Below, one piece after another: positions 39,132 through 52,300 of a stretch of DNA of 64,000 bases. Location of the stretch: positions 1 through 64,000 of the forward strand of contig KZ539046.1 in the NCBI GenBank assembly GCA_000934665.2. The letters run 5' to 3'. The notes under the pieces were generated by a model. It made no database searches. It had not been told where the DNA came from and worked only from the letters and a program-made list of their open reading frames with translations. The position numbers and the translations under genes are program-made. Within the stretch, counting starts at the first letter, position 1. Each line of letters begins with the position of its first letter. This DNA comes from Catajapyx aquilonaris. Lineage: Eukaryota.

Positions 39132-41073
39132 GCTAAATGTATGTAGAGATAAATACTCGTACAGTGTGTTCCAACTGAAATTAACTTAGTTTTTAGCGAT
39201 TTTGGCACTAACCTGCTTATTTTCAAGAGGTTACATTTTGTGGTTATCCAAAATATGAGCTCCTAATATTGGATCAGATTGAATCACCGGAATCACCTGT
39301 CCAAGCTCTGAATTGAAATGAATTGGAACCATTGGCATAGAACATCAATGAAACAACATGAAAAAAAATGCAAGTCAGACATTGAAAGCGTTAAAATAAG
39401 GATGGATCGACGAAGCAAATATTAGCAGTTAATATAGTTTTAACAACCACTAAAAGTAACTAAGTCAAAGTAATTGTTTAATATTTCTGATACTGTCACA
39501 AAAAATTAAATATTTTAAATACGTATTTTTGTGAGGATGACATAGCGCCATAGCGCTCGAAGTATCCCAGACGTGAAGGGCCAAGTTCTGTAGTGCAGGT
39601 AGCGTGAACCCACACCTGCTTGACCTCCAGCCGGACCTTGGAATGTGGTTTTAAGAATATTTTTTTGTCGATTTGCGGGTCTAGAGAAATCAAAGCGGAA
39701 GTAGGAAAATCACGGATAATATTTTTTGCATGTGCCGGCTACATGTCTGGATTTTTTTAAAATCTTAGCACAGTGGTGGTAACCTTATAAATTAATGCAG
39801 TCATCATTATGATTAAAATGTAATCATGATTATCGAATGCATACTGCATCTGTCTTACGGCTAGTATTACTTTCACTTTTATGGAATTTCATTATGAAAA
39901 CTGGCATTTTCTTGAACTGCTTCTGAGATAATATTCTGTGGAATTGGCAAAGCGCTAAAATAGGACACCCTGCTATACAGTCTTTTCCCTCTATATAGAC
40001 TGCTATCCAGTATATTACCAATCGTCTCCCTCGTGAAATCGTTGTAACATGCTCATGCTCCAGAGAGTTTCAAACTTTTCCCATAACAAAAGAGGCACTA
40101 CGTTCGTAATTGTGGTGTGGAACTTCGGTGCGTATCACCATATGAAGTACGACATACCATACGTATAGCAGAGCTCGACTGCTCCATCCTCCAGTCCGAT
40201 TGATCTTTTAGATCAGGTAATAAAGGTATTCAAATGGCAAGATGTTTAGTAACATTACAACTTCCTGCTACATGAAGGGGGAATACCCGGAGTCATTTAA
40301 GGCCAGCAAAATCAGTGATCATGAAACGTCCTTCTGGGCACGTAATTGGAACAGGCAGCATGGATTATTCAAAATGACGAGAAGTTTCTCCTCACGGTTT
40401 ACGCTTGATCATTTCTGTACATTTCTATAATTTGACTGGAAGTGCTTGTGCTTGAATTTATGGAAATGGCCGCCATCAATATTTATGCTTACTCGAGCTA
40501 TAATACATGTTTACTGATTATCTCTACAGCTCTTAGCTCAGTAGTTTAAGAGGGTAAAACATATCTATGTGATAACGCGGTTCCAGGCTCTTCAGCAGGG
40601 ATGTCTTTCAGAAGTCTCATACATAATTATAACTTAACGGGTGAAATAAGCACACCTATTTCTTTGAAAAGGAATATACAAGAATGCACTATCTCCCAAA
40701 AAAAGGTTCGGCGCTGTACAACTATCAAAAATCTACAAGTAGTAGTTTTTTATAGTTTTTCTCAGAGGTAGAGTGATTATAGCGTGAGGATACCACTGGC
40801 CGAAACTTTTCACATATAATTATGGCACCATTGGAAAAAAATTATTCTGGTGATTATATGAAATGTTTCAACAAAAATATGGTCATTTATAAGGGCTTAT
40901 CAATTTTATAATTTAGTAGTGTACTTTATTGCAATGTAAGTGGTTGTTTGGTGAAGTTAATACCACAGTTCATCTAAAACTGTTTCCTATAATGACTCAA
41001 ACAACATGTGTTCAACTTTCAAAATAATGTGTTGTTAATGGAGAGTTCATTGATGGCTTATTCATGTACTGTA

Positions 41074-41482
41074 CTATCGGGTTCAAATACTTTTGGCCAC
41101 CGGCTTTATCCTGGTCTTGAAGCAACCCTTCACACACACACACACACACACACAGGCGCGCATTCTTATCCTTGTGAGGTTTTTCCAAAATTTTAAATTT
41201 AAAACTAACCTAACCTAACCTACAAGGAAACATACGAAATTTTGGTGAAATATATTTTTACTGTCTTTATGAGGTATTTTTTCGATTTTACCCTATCCTT
41301 GTGAGGCGTGTGTTCACTATGAGGTGCAGGAAAACTACCTCGTAATGACAAAATTCCTCACAAGGATAGCAATACGCGCCCACACTCACCCACATAACAC
41401 CCACACCTCCTTAACGTGGGGTCTGTGCAAAGGGTTGCTTCAAGACTAGGATAAAGTGGCCAAAACAATTTGAACCCGATAG
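41074..41482. mobile_element. MITE family X, copy 2, carrying a nested insertion
   Basis: Same TIRs and body as 17366-17511, plus a 226-bp insert in its (CA)n tract. Confidence 0.9.
41155..41380. mobile_element. TIR element inserted in a (CA)n microsatellite
   Basis: GGCGCGCATTCTTATCCTTGTGAGG / CCTCACAAGGATAGCAATACGCGCC, flanked by CA repeats; internal (AACCT)3 and a second TATCCTTGTGAGG. Confidence 0.82.
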
Positions 41483-42648
41483 TACATGTACAAGGTACTG
41501 TAATGTCTGTGAAAAGTGAGTATAGCAATAATTATTATGCCATGCTACTTCCATTCATGTTCTGCATTTTATTGCGACAGTTTTAATAATTGATGGTCGA
41601 TCATGATAGAAAGGAGACGGCAACTTCTCCGAAGACATTTGTGACTGACAAGGTTAGGGTAACTTCTATATGATGGGAATTCCTCTTATCTTGACATAAT
41701 TTACTTCCAATCTTTAAAAAATAATATGACTTCGAAGCCCTGAAGGCTGCCCTATTTCTATAGAGCGGCATGCACTTCCGATGCTGCTGTATGTTGTCAT
41801 TCATTTTGTTTCATCGTTTTATTTATTATAAAAAATGATATTGTAGCTAAAATTGTCTACAACCTTAGTAGCAGAGATTTTAAATCAAAACTGAATTCAA
41901 ACTGTATAATTATTGTTTAACAGGCAAATTAACGTGGCATCTACACATAAAATCATCATCTGAATAACATACTCAACTGATGAGTAATTACTTGAATTTA
42001 TTATCGGTCATGCATCAAACTGAAACCTTGTAACAGCTTCGAGAAATAATTATATATTTCTCAAGAATTGAAATCGGCTATTCACGAAACCAGGTACTCA
42101 ACCGTAAATAGGTTTACAGCACAACTTCAGAAGGTGAGGGCTTCGAAATAATGCGTCGTTAGGTAATGGTGAAGCCACGTCAAACAAATTGGCAAAGGAA
42201 AATAATTTTTCACAAAATTCACATATTGCAGCACAATATTGCTTTCAAAATTATGCTACTACCAGAATATTGATTACAAGTCAAAATAACGCTCTTATTT
42301 ATTTACAACAAATGAACATAAGTAATAGTGGAATTCAAAGTTACAATGTAACTGTGATTAGGATCAAAGAAGAAAATTACAAAAAAAAATTTAAACCTAT
42401 TCATTTTTCATTTCCATTTTTTGCTTTGCAGACCAATATACAATACCGGTATACACTATACATCCTTGCCATAATATTACCTAATTTTAGTACGAATTAC
42501 CAGCGATACATTAACAAACCATTTTTGCCTCAATTAATTTTATATGAACACATCACGGACCTGCAGGCATTTTAAACACCCAGTTGGACTTATTTGCCTT
42601 GGCTTCTTCTATACTAAACTAACTGTATATATACATCAAATACATGTA

Positions 42649-42907
42649 CAGGATGTTCCAAATTCGTGGGTCGTTTTCATATAACTGATATCGCCTGATA
42701 GCAGTTATTTTTTGTAGCTAGTTTTGGCCCTAACCATGTACGCCATTCTATAACTATACTGCTATATTCGACCCACTGCACTGGGGGTCAAATATAGCAG
42801 TTGCTATAGAATGGGCCACATGGTTTGGGGCACAACAAGCTACAAAAATAACAACTATCGGGCGATATCAGTTATATGAAAACGACCCACGAATTTGGAA
42901 CACCCTG
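42649..42907. mobile_element. Tc1/mariner-type palindromic MITE
   Basis: TA|CAGGATGTTCCAAATTCGTGGGTCGTTTTCATATAACTGATATCGCC / GGCGATATCAGTTATATGAAAACGACCCACGAATTTGGAACACCCTG. Confidence 0.9.
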
Positions 42908-43586
42908 TGTACATGTTTGGTCAGTACACCTAACCCAGTGGGCATCCTTGACCTATTCCAATACAAAAATATTATAATCATTTTGGATTGCTGGTTAAAA
43001 TTTGATGTGCGGGGGAAATTACATTTCGGAAAAGTTTTTTTTGTGTGTGACTTGGAACAGGTCAATAAATCACCCTATACGTGCCCATTACGCCTGTTTT
43101 GTGTACTTCAAATGAATATGTATTACACAAGATCAGAGACACTTTGAAACCATTGATTGTCTTGAATTTATTACATGTAAAAGATCATGGACCAAAACAT
43201 TTTCTTGAATACTTCTTTTGGCTTGTATTTACTGCAGTAACAGTATTTTTAAACATGGTGTTTAATGAGAAAAGTCAGTGCTGGATCACGCGGTGGGCAT
43301 AGCTTAACGGACTGTGAATTTTATACGTCAATTTATTTATACTACTTGTTATTATGCCGCATAGAAAAGGAGATTCATTCAGCACACAATGACACTGTCG
43401 ACGACACTTTTAGTCACTCAATTTAATTTCGACAGAAATGCACAAAATTATACGTAAGTTATATTATATGGGCTCCCACGTAGATTTTTCTCCCGATATT
43501 CTCCTATTCTTTCGCACGATTTAAAGAGTGCTACAATGGTCTCAATTATAGTTATTTATCTGCCACAATGTGTGCATGCATAAGTT

Positions 43587-43870
43587 GTTTTTTTTGTAAT
43601 ACCCCGTGGTAGGGCCTCTTACCGGAAGGGGGGGGAGGTTCCCAAGAGAGGGAATTCTTAATTCGTTTTTAGTCATTTCTGACCCTCTTAAATACCAGAC
43701 CTTTTCTCTTGGCCCTGGGCAGAGAAAGGAGTGCAAGTCTGCCCGCACAATCATGTCGGGTGAAAAACGGAAAAAACCATGATCAAGCAGATGTGACGGA
43801 GACGGGATTTGAACCCCGGACCTCCCGCTTGGCTGGTCAGTAGCATAGCCACTAGACCACCATGTCCCCC
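43587..43870 (-). mobile_element. Full-length tRNA-derived SINE with an A-tail
   Basis: A box TGGTCTAGTGG, B box GGTTCAAATCC, tail ACAAAAAAAAC; perfect 14-bp TSD TGCATGCATAAGTT at 43573-43586 and 43871-43884. Confidence 0.9.
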
Positions 43871-44627
43871 TGCATGCATAAGTTTAAACTCCCCTTTCTC
43901 GTTTACTGATAACTCTTCGGTATGATAATATATAAGTTATTATAATCATAAATGATGATATTGCAACAGATTGTTAGAGTTGATTGCTATAGAAAGATCA
44001 GTATTTGCTTTTGCAGGCCTTCATTCTGCCGAATAGGGAGTTTCATATTCCACCCCATAAATCCCTATTAGCATCTAATGAAGATTCTTTTGCATAAGTT
44101 ATTTGTTATTGTTGTAGGTTCATGGGTAACAGGTATTCTGGCCCGGAAGGCCCTTATTATCGCGAGCCAGAGTAATCGTGATCAAGCAATGAGAGATCAG
44201 GAAAGCAGACAACTCAAACTTGCTACGAACCCAAGAAGGAGAAGAGAGGTTGTTGGACAGTGGCAGGACACCGGGAGAATCCCGAATAAACCCACGCGAA
44301 TGAGGAGAGAACCCCTTTAAACTCTTGTCACTGCTTACATATGGTTATAAAATAACAAATGGCTATAATACGTTACACGAATGTTATAATAGAATTAAAT
44401 ATAAAATGTATTGCTTTCCAGGTCTCCTTTCATCTAATGATGCGCTTCTTCCAGCATCACCTATACCACAATGCATATTTTATTGTCAAATTGTACATGC
44501 CAAAATATTCTTATACAGTATAGTGCTGCATGTTTGATATACTGTTGGATCTTCTAAAAAGCCACGGAGAATATTCATATTATTTGATAAGTCATCTCTC
44601 AGACGTAAAGTTATATTATTTATCTCA

Positions 44628-45012
44628 AGGTGAGTTTACATGTGAGCGATTTGACGAGCGAGTTGGAGCGAAGTCTTCGCCGAGGCTGAGTAACCCAAGT
44701 AACCAATATTGTTTGAGGTGAAAATCGATTGTTAATTTCAGCCTCAGTGAAGATTTCGCTCGTCAAATCTCTCACATGTAAACGCAGCTTCAAAGTTCAG
44801 CCGCGTTTACTTGTGAGCGATATATTTGACGAGCGAAGTCTTCGCCGAGCGATAACATCGCTGGGTAACCCGAGTAACCAATATTGTGTGAGGTGAAAGT
44901 AACAATCGATTTTCGCCTCAAACAATAGGTATACTGGTTACTCGGGTTACTCAGCGATGTTATCGCTCGGCGAATACTTCACTCGACAAATCGCTCACAT
45001 GTATACGCGGCT
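44628..45012. mobile_element. Two adjacent related PIF/Harbinger-like MITEs (44628-44789 and 44799-45012)
   Basis: Both have GTTTAC(A/T)TGTGAGCGAT...TCACATGTA(A/T)ACGC inverted ends; the first is flanked by a TCA duplication. Confidence 0.82.
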
Positions 45013-45347
45013 TTATGGACATATGTCGACACCAGGTCTCACACTGAACCTAACAAATAAAGCGCAGTAGTATTTGATATCACGCGATATCATCAAAATA
45101 AGATGAGCGATTTCTAAAGCGAAGCATGTGCAAAATATTCGGGTATATTTTCACGTACGGTTGGCGAAAGTGACGAAACGTGAATACATGATGTCGGAAA
45201 CTATAGAATAGAGTGTACAGGTCACTACTGCGACGGAATTGTGAGTGCACGTTTACCATTATAACCAGCCACAAAAATGGGTTGGAAGCTAAGTAATTCG
45301 GCCAGCAACTTATGGTTGGTCATCACTCGCGCCATGGTTGTGCTTAC

Positions 45348-45753
45348 CGGCCAACGTAATCCGGCTGAGATCCGCCGGTTCGGCCGCAGGGCCGGGACTG
45401 GTGCCGGCGTTACTCCCATCATCCTTTGGTCCGGCCATCGGCGAGGTCCGCTCCAAAGCCGGCGGCAACGAGAAAGCTCCGTGAGGAGCCGGAAGACCCG
45501 CCAGCGCTGAGGAGAAGCCCAGAAATGGATTGCCACCAGCTCCAGCCGGTCCTCCCGGGCTGGGGGCCGGGTGGTGGGGCAGGACTCCCAGGCCAGGCCG
45601 GGGCAGGAACCACCCATTGTAGAGTAGCGGCAGGGGGGCATAGGCGGCCGCGGCGGCTGCAGCGCCAGCTCCAGATGGCCCCGAGGCCAACAGGGCATCG
45701 ATGGAGAAGGAAGCAAAGGGAGGCCGTGGCAGCAGGTCCTTGTACGCCTCCAT
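45348..45753 (-). CDS. unpg: unplugged/Gbx homeobox gene, coding exon 1 (MEAYKDLLPRPPFASFSIDALLA...DLSRITLA, phase-1 end)
   Basis: ATG at 45753; eh1/Groucho-binding motif FSIDALL near the N-terminus; Ala/Pro/Gly-rich as is typical of transcription factors; donor G|GTAAGC at 45348/45347; phase matches the exon 2 acceptor (G|AC = Asp). Confidence 0.88.
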
Positions 45754-45771
45754 AACACGCACTAATAGGGT

Positions 45772-45786
45772 TCACACACGCACCAT
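45772..45786 (-). promoter_or_regulatory. Upstream ORF MVRV* in the presumed unpg 5' UTR, perfect Kozak context, in frame with the main ATG
   Basis: Minus strand reads ACCACC-ATG-GTG-CGT-GTG-TGA-ACC-CTA-TTA-GTG-CGT-GTT-ATG-GAG; the uATG is 33 nt upstream of the main ATG. Inclusion in the mRNA is not shown. Confidence 0.55.
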
Positions 45787-45819
45787 GGTGGTCCGACGTG
45801 CTCCCTGGGTGACCACCTC

Positions 45820-46320
45820 GACGTCGAGTGAGGACCACGGTGCCGTTTAGAGGTAGGAAGCGCAGAGGCGGGGTCTTGCCACTCCATTATTTACTTGGGG
45901 ACTTTGGGGAAAGTTCTGCTCCGGACACCCCCCCCNCCCCCCCTCCAGCATCCCTGCCACTACACCCACACCCGGTATTACTGACACCACGTGACCAGTA
46001 ATCCAAGTTGCGGATTGGTGGCTACGGTGTTGAGTAGTCTCAGGGCCTGTCAGCACCTTTTTTGCCTCCCACTTCCACCCTCCTCCACCCCCCTCTTTTT
46101 TGTGGGCAGTGGTGATGAATGGCTCTGGGGGAGCCCCGGGGCTTCCCCGATTGGCTCCGAGCGAAAACGAGATCGGCCTGGCTCCACCAATCCAATCAGC
46201 CGCCACNCCCCCCCTCCCATCCCTCCTGCTACCCCGGCCATCCTCCACCCCCCGCAGGTTCCACCACACCCTACTAAAACCCCGGGCTCACTTTTTTGGG
46301 CCCTGATCGGAATTAGCACT
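45820..46320 (-). promoter_or_regulatory. Putative unpg proximal promoter
   Basis: GC-rich block immediately upstream of exon 1, with several CCAAT/ATTGG boxes (about 46014, 46150, 46186-46197), a GC box-like GGCGGGG near 45868, an AT-rich TAAATAAT near 45890 and long C runs. TSS not determined. Confidence 0.5.
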
Positions 46321-49300
46321 CCCAGACATCGTAATTACCAGGACACTGCTCTTGTAGCTAGTTGGGCTGCCAAGAGGACCTCGGAGACTTTTGTGAGAAT
46401 GTGACAAGGATATAAACGTAGTGGACGCTAGCATTTATGCGGAAGAGGAAATTGCCCCTGCTAGATAGGCATGGTGGTGAACAACAATGCTGGTGGGTTT
46501 TCATGGCCGTCAGGATGAACTTAACAGTACCGTTGTGGTCAGCAATTTTTTGGAGTACTAAGCTAGTAAGCTGCTTGCTTTGAAATAGCTACTTTTAATG
46601 GTTATCAAATCACCAAAATCAACATGAGCCAATTCTTTCTTATAAAATCGCAAGAAGCCGAAATCCAATGTGCGTACAGTACATTTGGCACCATCCTGCG
46701 GCAGGACACGCATGGTAACAGTGCGTTTAGGGACTGAGGCCATAATTAGCGGCACCGGTTGGAAAAGTCATCAGATTTGTGGAGACGAAGATGAAAATGG
46801 CTTGCCAGCGGGCACCATTGGGGGTCACTTACGCACCATGGCCGGATTTTGTGGTTATCCGCTACTTCCCCTGTCTGGCAACTATACCAACCCACAAGCG
46901 GTACTCCCCCTTCCTTTCGCCCTATGGAAGTCATTAGTAGTCCCCGACCATCAAGGGATCCCGGAGACAAGGCCCCGGAAATCCAGGCAGTCACGGATAC
47001 TTAGCAGAGGACGCTTCCAGTTAGAGAGCAATCATCTTCATTCTAATCATTGATCGGAGCCTGGGGAAAAGAAAAAAAAAGGAGGCCTTTTTCATCTCTC
47101 ATCAAGGAGGGTGCAGGGTCTTTCCGTCGGTCAGCAGAAGGGGTCGGAGGGACAACATGAGAAGCGGGAAACGAGCCAAAAACTGAGTGGCCGAATTTTT
47201 CTTGTATGTCAGAATAGACCGTACTTGTCATGCCATTTGAAGAATGTGTTACCGCATTGGTTATGTAATTGTCACCAAGCGGGCCGTATTTTCCTGGCTC
47301 ATTTGAATATGATGTACAGTGTGAGAGTATAGCTGATGACCATTATAGGCTCTTTGGATGGTGGAGACCAAAATGAGACGCTGTGTCAGCGTCTGGTTCC
47401 CCCCTACCCAATTCCCCAAACCAGAGACGCCCTGGCCCTTCCTCCCTCCCCTACCGATGGCGCGTTGTCCGAAGGGAGTATTAGCAATCCTCACTTGACC
47501 TCGTCATCCGCAGACGATGATCGGCGTTGATGGAGTTTTCTATCGACGATGTCTGAGAACGGCACACCTGGGGAACTTAGCTGGCTAGCTAGCCCCCCCA
47601 TTTTCGCTGCTGCTAGCCCAATTCTGGACCCATCTTCCCAATGGATTTTGGCAATCATGGGCTATTTCCTGCTTTCTATGTAAGGCAATTACGGTGCGCT
47701 TTTTTTGTTGGTCGACACTACCATCGCTGTCATGATGTGTTCGCCAATGACGGTTTGCAATAACCAATGCATATTATAGTCGTGTTGCCCCATTATATTG
47801 ATTGCAGAGGACACTTTTTGTGGTGTTCCGCATGTATGCTGTTTGGAATGACATTTTTATTGGAAATCGTCTCTAATTATCTGCACGTATATTGAGCACT
47901 TACTATACTTATTGGTTTATCAATTGAGCAGGGGATCAGAAAAATTCATGCATATTTGGCTATACCACGTCTCATGATCGCCATTTTTTATCTTTGAAAT
48001 ATATTGAGGTATATACCGTTTTTGTTTTTGTCTTGTCTTGTTACACTTTATAGGGCCTGTCCAATATGCATTGATGATGGGATAGCATGTTTTTGTTTCG
48101 GTTATTGGGGGATTTGTGGAATTGTTTGCTTAGATTATAACTGCAGACGTTATCGTCGACTTTCATAGATCATGTCCAACTGAGACAATCTTAGCATGTT
48201 TTATGTCGTGAATTTAGAAAGCATGTCAATGTCACACCATATACCATTATGTCTATCCTATTTTATGTACTGTACAATCATCCGTTCTCATGGCGGTTTT
48301 AGGTTTTAAAAAATCCGCACCGTAGTTTTGTCAAAATAAGAAATCTTTAACTCTGATTTAGTTTTTGTGAAGGTTAATATTGCACACTTGTTATGATACC
48401 ACATAGGTTTACTGACACACTTTCCACATTCGATGTGAGACGTGCCGTGAGTAACATTCTTCAATACACAACATCTGTGTGTGCTCGTTAAATTTGGTGC
48501 AACGGGATTAGATGATAGATGACTGTTGCCTTTGGGTCCATGTTAAGAAGTCATGTGCCCGTGTCAAGAGAGGGGATTCTGGCAGAAATTGCATCCGAGT
48601 TTTCCTTTTGCTAACACCCTCCCAACCGTTCTCCCACTCCCCCAACCCCCCTAAACCCCCCTCAACTAAACCCTTGGCACCAGTAAATAATCGACCATTA
48701 GTCGCCAATAAATCACGCTGCCACAAAAGCTGGTCACTGGCAGAGGCCATGGCTTTTAGTGGCCCCTGGGAGGTCCCCTGGCATGCCAAGTTGTGCAAGG
48801 AAAGTATATACGTATAATACCATATATTTTTTGCAATCGGTCTAGGCCTTCCTAGGGGGCTTGGTTACGCCTCACACATCACAGATCCACGGCACCCCTT
48901 TTAGACCCTGACATTATTATGCTGTGCAAATTACGCCCGTTACGACACTACACCATCCATATTTTGTAAATGAGGGGGGACTAAACCGGATTTACCAGTG
49001 CCACTTTGACCTTAAGGGGGCCATTTGGCACATATGTGACAATTTAGGGTGACGACACCTTTGGGAAACTTCACAATTAAGACGTGCAACTATTACAATA
49101 TTTTATATACGCAATATTTAGCAATATAATGTAACCGTAGCTGATTCGCTTTGGTTGGCTTCAGGCACTCTGTATACATGTAATATGCAGTAGGTGGTGA
49201 GAGAGGCACCTATTGAGGATGGACAAAATAGAGGGGGCGGGCCAGAACCCCCCCTCCGATCCTTCATTCTATGGTTGTGCCCCATGCACCACCTGGATAG

Positions 49301-52300
49301 TTCGAACCGTGGTGAAAACCCGTTTGTCATTCATCAGGCGATTGTAACTTCTTGGCAGGCCCCCCCCCNCCCCCCCCCCTCTTTTCGATGGGAACATGAT
49401 GTTACACTGTTTGCTATTTTTTCCTATCAAAGGAAGGGGACTTTTGGCCCCCTTAGCATTAGTCAAAAAGGCTGTAGGTGTGCTGTTCACAATGATCAGG
49501 TCGGAATGTTGCCCGCCTATTCCTCTAATTCATGGGAGTTGTGTGCATAGCTAAGCTTTGTGTAATAAGTTGTTGGTTGAGTAGATAATGCTGAAAGCCG
49601 CGGACCACCAATAAAAGCTGCTGAATCCATTGACGGAGATTAGTTTTACAGGAAAAGTGATAGTCTCATAATTCATGCTGAGATATTTTTTGCTGGTATG
49701 TAACTTTAAAATGTGCATTGGAATCTTGTCATTATGATAGTTGCATATTATGGCAACCGATAAATGCCCAATTTAAGAGAATCTGCTTGCTAAACACCCT
49801 CCATTTTTACAAAATGTCAAATGCAACAAACTCATTACGAAGCGCCCCTCGAAAGAGTGAGAATGACAGGATATTGAATATCCATCATTCTTTTTTTCCT
49901 TCATGCGCTTCTTCATGCATGCCCATGTTATATGCACGACTGCAGTATACACAGTCTATACGTTAGTGTTTTCAGCCCTCGAATTACGAACGAATGATTT
50001 GAGTTTACATCGTGGCCTACACCAAGGCGAACTAGAATTGCATGATTACGCGCCAAATGTGTCATTTGCATTTTATTTTACGCATCTGAATCAGACAGAA
50101 CTGCCACAGCGAATGCAGAGAAAAAGTTACCCGTATTTGCAATGCCAACTGGATATGTTCTCTAGAAAATGTGCAGTGAAATACATTACAACCAGATGCA
50201 GATTTTTTAAAAACAAAACAGGCAATTTATTTGCATTTTGAAGCAAAAGTAGGTAAATGGAACTGGCGTTCCTTTCAAATGTTGAATGTTTCACAATTAT
50301 TCAGAATGACTTATGTAGATATACACTACTGGGTATCAAAGGATCACTATGTAAGGGTATAATTATTTGGTCCCCTCGTCATCTTTACCGAGCTAATGAA
50401 CTTCAAACACATACAGTAGTACGAAATATCCTGACAGGTGTGCTTCCCTTCGCGCGATCTAGCCATTTTCATGTACGAATAATTTATAGGTGTTATCATT
50501 CAATTTTAATAACTACAATTTCACTATGTGTAGCATCAGGCTGTGGCCGAGACGTTGTTAGTGTCGTAGGCTGTATCGCATCGTAAATGGTGTAATTCAC
50601 TCTCTAATTAATCCTAAATACCTCATCAGTAACGATGACTGATATTCTGATGCCCAGAAGTTCACTCTCCAATCATTATTTAACACCCTGTCTGTAAGCT
50701 CCTAATGATGCTCATTTTCCATACACTAAACGGTGAATATAATAAAATGTGAGCAGCACATTGCCATAATCCAAGGGCGTAATTGCTCACTTGAGTCTGA
50801 TGCAGCGGCTCCCCTGACTCCTGACGTGATCAATCAGGCCATGACTTGCGAACTCCGTTTGTCCCATGGAGCAATTGAGCCTTTGAAAAGCCGTGCCCCT
50901 CTGGTTAGTAATTGATCCCACCCACCCACCCTTTTCAGCTCACCCTGGACCTTTTTCCCACCACCAGGAATCCTTCCTGAGTGTTGGAGAGGAAAGGTCA
51001 CTTTGGTCCAAACTCCCCTCTTCTCCCCCCCTCCCCCCTTCCCTATACCTCCCCCACGTCCGACACTTATTGTGGCAACCCTGCTGGTCGGTAGGCATTT
51101 TCCCAGAGGACCTGAGTCGGGCTAGTTCTGGTGGGAAGGTTTTGTGCTTTCCATTGCCTGATGCTGGTCAATCAGTGACCACAGCTGCCACCAGCCTTCC
51201 CCGTTATTATTTGCGGGATCCGGGGTCATTTGTCCCCCTCCTCCTGTTACCACCCCACCGGACAAGTGCGGCTGAAAAATTAGTGGTTCCGACTGCTTAG
51301 GGGCTTTTCCACTGCCCAAGTGCTCACTCAGGGTTTTCACGACTTTTCGGCGCGGTGGGTGGTATGCTTCTTGCCGAATGGAGCAGGTCTTTTACAGGAT
51401 GGCTCAAGCCATGGGACCGGGGGCGAGGCTGATTTGAAAGCACGGAAGCTGTCGATTTTCAACACTATTTCAGATCATTTATTTTTATCGGAGCAAATGT
51501 GACCATATTATATGGACATGTCAAATTAAATATCTGCTAAACCGGCGCAAGCATTTAATTTTAGAGTAGGTCTAACAGTAAGTGTTTGCGGCAACACACA
51601 CGACACCTTTCTGTAGAATGATCTCGGGAATTTTGTCTCACACTTGCAAATGTTTTTGCTCGTATATTACTTTGTTGGCACCTCGACATTTTTTCTGACT
51701 TCTATAGGCCCACATTTTTTAACTTATATTGGGCGAACAGTTACGGTGGGGTCAGGATCTACCACTAGAGTAAGAAAAAACCTGCATGCATTAGGGCATT
51801 GTCACGGGAATAATGGTTAACCTTTCAAGCTCCTCCAGTCACTATCAAGGTGATAGTACAGAAGATTATGCACTCATTGGTGGTCACTTATGGTCTGGAT
51901 ATTGCTGAAATGACGATAAGTTCCGTGCTGCAAGTTTAGATGCGAGGAAATCAAACATGTAACATTTTTTAAACTACCAGTTATTTACAGTGCAGTAGAA
52001 TTTATTAAATGTTCTATTTTAACCTTCCTGGTGTTCGCATACTGTTGTAATTTTACAGTGTGTAATGTAAATTGCAAATTACTATAAAACCCCACTTGCT
52101 TTGTGCAAAAGTATTGCATAAAACATTAAAAAGCGATCTTCTTCTGTCATATATTTACTTCTTCAATATGAATTTTTGCACGTTGAAAAAGGTCTACAGC
52201 AACGTTTCGCAATTAAATCGGAAGTAACAAATCACCAGGGAACAGCTCACTTATGACTTTAGTACGGTAAATTATAAATGAAAGGCACCGACGTCTGAGC

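Noticed and set aside
42189..42575. 128-aa AT-rich ORF in the unpg intron
   Set aside because: Low-complexity composition, no domain and no supporting gene structure.
45225..46404. Cluster of overlapping ORFs around exon 1 and the promoter
   Set aside because: An effect of high GC; only the FSIDALL frame has a motif and a phase-compatible donor.
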